DNA of 63,987 bases, filler included, from Rozella allomycis CSF55 (Eukaryota), in the NCBI GenBank assembly GCA_000442015.1. It is 7 parts of 7 records of this genome, joined end to end, with 100 filler letters (N's around TTAATTAATTAA, not from the genome) between each part and the next. Parts side by side here need not be neighbours in the genome. Positions count along the whole stretch, not along the records: positions 61,308 to 62,659 come from KE561384.1; positions 62,760 to 63,987 come from KE561392.1; 5 more parts are not named here. The stretch is one strand, 5' to 3'. How positions within the stretch are numbered: position 1 is the stretch's first letter; each line of letters opens with the position of its first letter. The notes beneath the pieces were generated by a model. It did not search any database. It saw nothing but the letters and a program-made list of their open reading frames with translations, and had not been told where the DNA came from. Positions 61,682 to 63,987 of this stretch are shown in pieces. A program made the position numbers and the translations under genes.

Positions 61682-62584
61682 TTATTTCGTTATAGTCAAA
61701 TAAGCTAACTCGTGACCGAGTTCATTTAATACTCTCCATTCTTTGAACTGTGCGTATTGTTGAATGTCACATTTAAGTTGAAAATGAGTTCCATGACACG
61801 GAAAGACCATTCTTGGAAAGGCTTTGGGACTAATACTTATTGAAGACCTTTTCTCTTGCCAAAGCGATCTGATGAAAAGGTCGTCCATAATTAACGATAG
61901 AAAGAACGTATTTCTCCTTATAATACCAGTGAATTCTTGTCATTACACACAATTTATCTTACTAATTGGATAAATAAAAAATTGTTTAGAAAAATTTGAG
62001 AATTGGTTCACATATACTTCCATCGTCGATACCTTATCCACCGGCTTTATAGTGACAAACTTTCCACATGGGGCACTAGCAGGGTCCATTCCATTCAGTG
62101 TAGCAGTAAACACGCAATTCTTTGCGCCTTTCTTCTCAACAGCGAAAAGATCACCCGGAAAAAGTATATCGTGGAAACCAACCACGTCGAAGGATGGATC
62201 AATAGAAAACTCATGAATATTAAACCCAATTTCAATTTGAATAACTAATTCTGTTGTGTCCTTTAATGCTTCCTTGGGTAAAATTAACTCATCTTTAGAT
62301 TCTCTGCGCTCCAAATGATGCCTCGATTTGTTAATACGAGCAAAAGGATACGATTGCAAAAATCTATATTTCCAGAAGGTTCTAGATATTTCATCTTCAG
62401 GTAAAGTAACCTTAAAATCTTCAAGTTCCATCATTTGAGTTTGATTATCGTGGCTAAATATCAGTCCTCTAAAAATCATTAAATGTATGTTACCATTTGA
62501 TATCGTAAAGTTTTTTGAAATAATTTTAGATCCAGCAAATGAGAGTTCAAGATTCCTATGCGGATTTGAATTCAACAAAACCAT
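61682..62584 (-). CDS. Hypothetical protein (probably two exons)
   Basis: ORFs 61943-62584 and 61682-61888 are co-oriented with coding-like composition. Confidence 0.4.
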
Positions 62585-62703
62585 GGCCTCATAACAGAAT
62601 TCGGATTTTCTGTTTCCTCTTCCTCTATAATTGAAAAAGAAATTGCTCGTGGCGCAATCNNNNNNNNNNNNNNNNNNNNNNNNNNNNNNNNNNNNNNNNN
62701 NNN

Positions 62704-62715
62704 TTAATTAATTAA
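62704..62715. other. Artificial contig linker
   Basis: TTAATTAATTAA within N run. Confidence 0.95.
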
Positions 62716-62858
62716 NNNNNNNNNNNNNNNNNNNNNNNNNNNNNNNNNNNNNNNNNNNNATTTACTTATTAAATAAATTCTTTTAACTTTAAAAAAAAAG
62801 TCTGATCAAATGACATCAATCGCCTACAAATACCGCACTGAAACACCTCTCCATCAAC

Positions 62859-63143
62859 ATGCAATTCAACATTGTCTTTTTTGCAATCATTGCCCTTATA
62901 GCAATCCTCGCTTCGGCACAAGACGAAAGAAGAAGAAGAAGAATGGATTTCTGTGATCGCTATGAGAGACGCTGCCGTAGATTCTGCAGAGACATTTGCG
63001 ACAGAGACCGTTCAGACAGATTCGGGCGTTTCAATTGCAATCCATACATTTTTTGTAACAGGGGATTCGAAGAACAGGGTTGTTGGTGCAAAGATTATGA
63101 TCCTGAAATTAGTCGATTTCTTTCATCTGGACGAGAAGAATAA
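62859..63143 (+). CDS. Small secreted Cys/Arg-rich protein
   Basis: Signal peptide MQFNIVFFAIIALIAILASA, poly-Arg, 8 Cys. Confidence 0.7.
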   Translation: MQFNIVFFAIIALIAILASAQDERRRRRMDFCDRYERRCRRFCRDICDRDRSDRFGRFNCNPYIFCNRGFEEQGCWCKDYDPEISRFLSSGREE

Positions 63144-63249
63144 ACACCGAAAATGGAATAAATTGCATTATGATGTTACACTAATTTTGGGGTTATATTT
63201 CTATTTATAGATAATAGATGTTACCTAGATAATACGGCGTGGCCCCTTG

Positions 63250-63987
63250 ATGTTACAAACATCAAACATGTCTTGCAGTAGAGCGCTTTTGACTATAGCA
63301 CTTTTTGTTCTTGTTCTTGTAAATACTTTTCCGGTTCCAAACCCTCAAGATAATAGCTGGCCGTACGAATTTGATCCAGCGATACGTAATTTCAGAATGA
63401 AGAGTAAAAACGCACCAGCATCGTCGGCGTCTACTCCTGCTACTGCACAAGCACCCTCCACGCCTGCTACTGCACCTTCTACACATGCAACTGGACCAGC
63501 ACCTTCTGCTCCTGCTCCTGCACCTTCTGCTCCTGCTCCTGCTCCTTCTGCTCCTGCTTCTGCTCCTGCTCCTCCACCTTCTACACATGCTACTGGACCA
63601 GCACCTTCTGCTCCTGCTCCTGCACCTNNNNNNNNNNNNNNNNNNNNNNNNNNNNNNNNNNNNNNNNNNNNNNNNNNNNNNNNNNNNNNNNNNNNNNNNN
63701 NNNNNNNNNNNNNNNNNNNNNNNNNNNNNNNNNNNNNNNNNNNNNNNNNNNNNNNNNNNNNNNNNNNNNNNNNNNNNNNNNNNNNNNNNNNNNNNNNNNN
63801 NNNNNNNNNNNNNNNNNNNNNNNNNNNNNNNNNNNNNNNNNNNNNNNNNNNNCTGCTCCTGCTCCTGCACCTTCTGCTCCTGCACCAGCACCATCGGCTC
63901 CTGCTCCTGCACCAGCTCCTGCACCTTCTGCTCCTGCTACTGCACCAGCACCCTCTGCTCCTGCTACTGGACCAGCTCCTTCTGCTC
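63250..63987 (+). CDS. Secreted Pro/Ala-rich repetitive protein, runs off window
   Basis: MSCSRALLTIALFVLVLVNTFP... in frame with APSAPAPAP repeats; N gap inside. Confidence 0.65.
   Translation, partial: MLQTSNMSCSRALLTIALFVLVLVNTFPVPNPQDNSWPYEFDPAIRNFRMKSKNAPASSASTPATAQAPSTPATAPSTHATGPAPSAPAPAPSAPAPAPSAPASAPAPPPSTHATGPAPSAPAPAPXXXXXXXXXXXXXXXXXXXXXXXXXXXXXXXXXXXXXXXXXXXXXXXXXXXXXXXXXXXXXXXXXXXXXXXXXXXLLLLLHLLLLHQHHRLLLLHQLLHLLLLLLHQHPLLLLLDQLLLL

Noticed and set aside
63262-63924. Minus-strand Arg/Gln-rich ORF
   Set aside because: Antisense shadow of the plus-strand Pro/Ala repeat gene and spans an N gap.

Overview
AT-rich, gene-dense eukaryotic DNA with very short spliceosomal introns (26-29 nt in those traced). 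The gene set is fungal-like (BUD6, NBP2, PRE3, CDC9, DBP3) but also includes a flagellar gene (IFT20), augmin HAUS3 and Crinkler-type genes. This points to an early-diverging zoosporic parasite such as Rozella/Cryptomycota (inference, not a database match). The window is seven contigs concatenated with artificial N-TTAATTAATTAA-N linkers, so adjacency across linkers means nothing. Single-N junctions inside contigs are mostly flanked by duplicated, slightly divergent sequence, probably uncollapsed haplotypes. About 35 protein genes or fragments are supportable, several missed or mis-framed by the ORF track (COX17, IFT20, MZT1, HAUS3). There are also two identical tRNA-Lys(UUU) genes. The most unusual block is contig 2 (18331-27246): a hairpin-rich repeat array, a decayed Helitron-like Rep with a Pif1 relic on the opposite strand, and a truncated 28S rRNA piece with an altered sarcin-ricin loop. 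Other highlights are an ankyrin-fused HMG-CoA reductase without a sterol-sensing domain, a Cu-ATPase bracketed by identical tRNAs, an apparent GA-AG intron, an Mx-like dynamin, and two mucin-like receptors sharing a GNxFxYFD tail motif.
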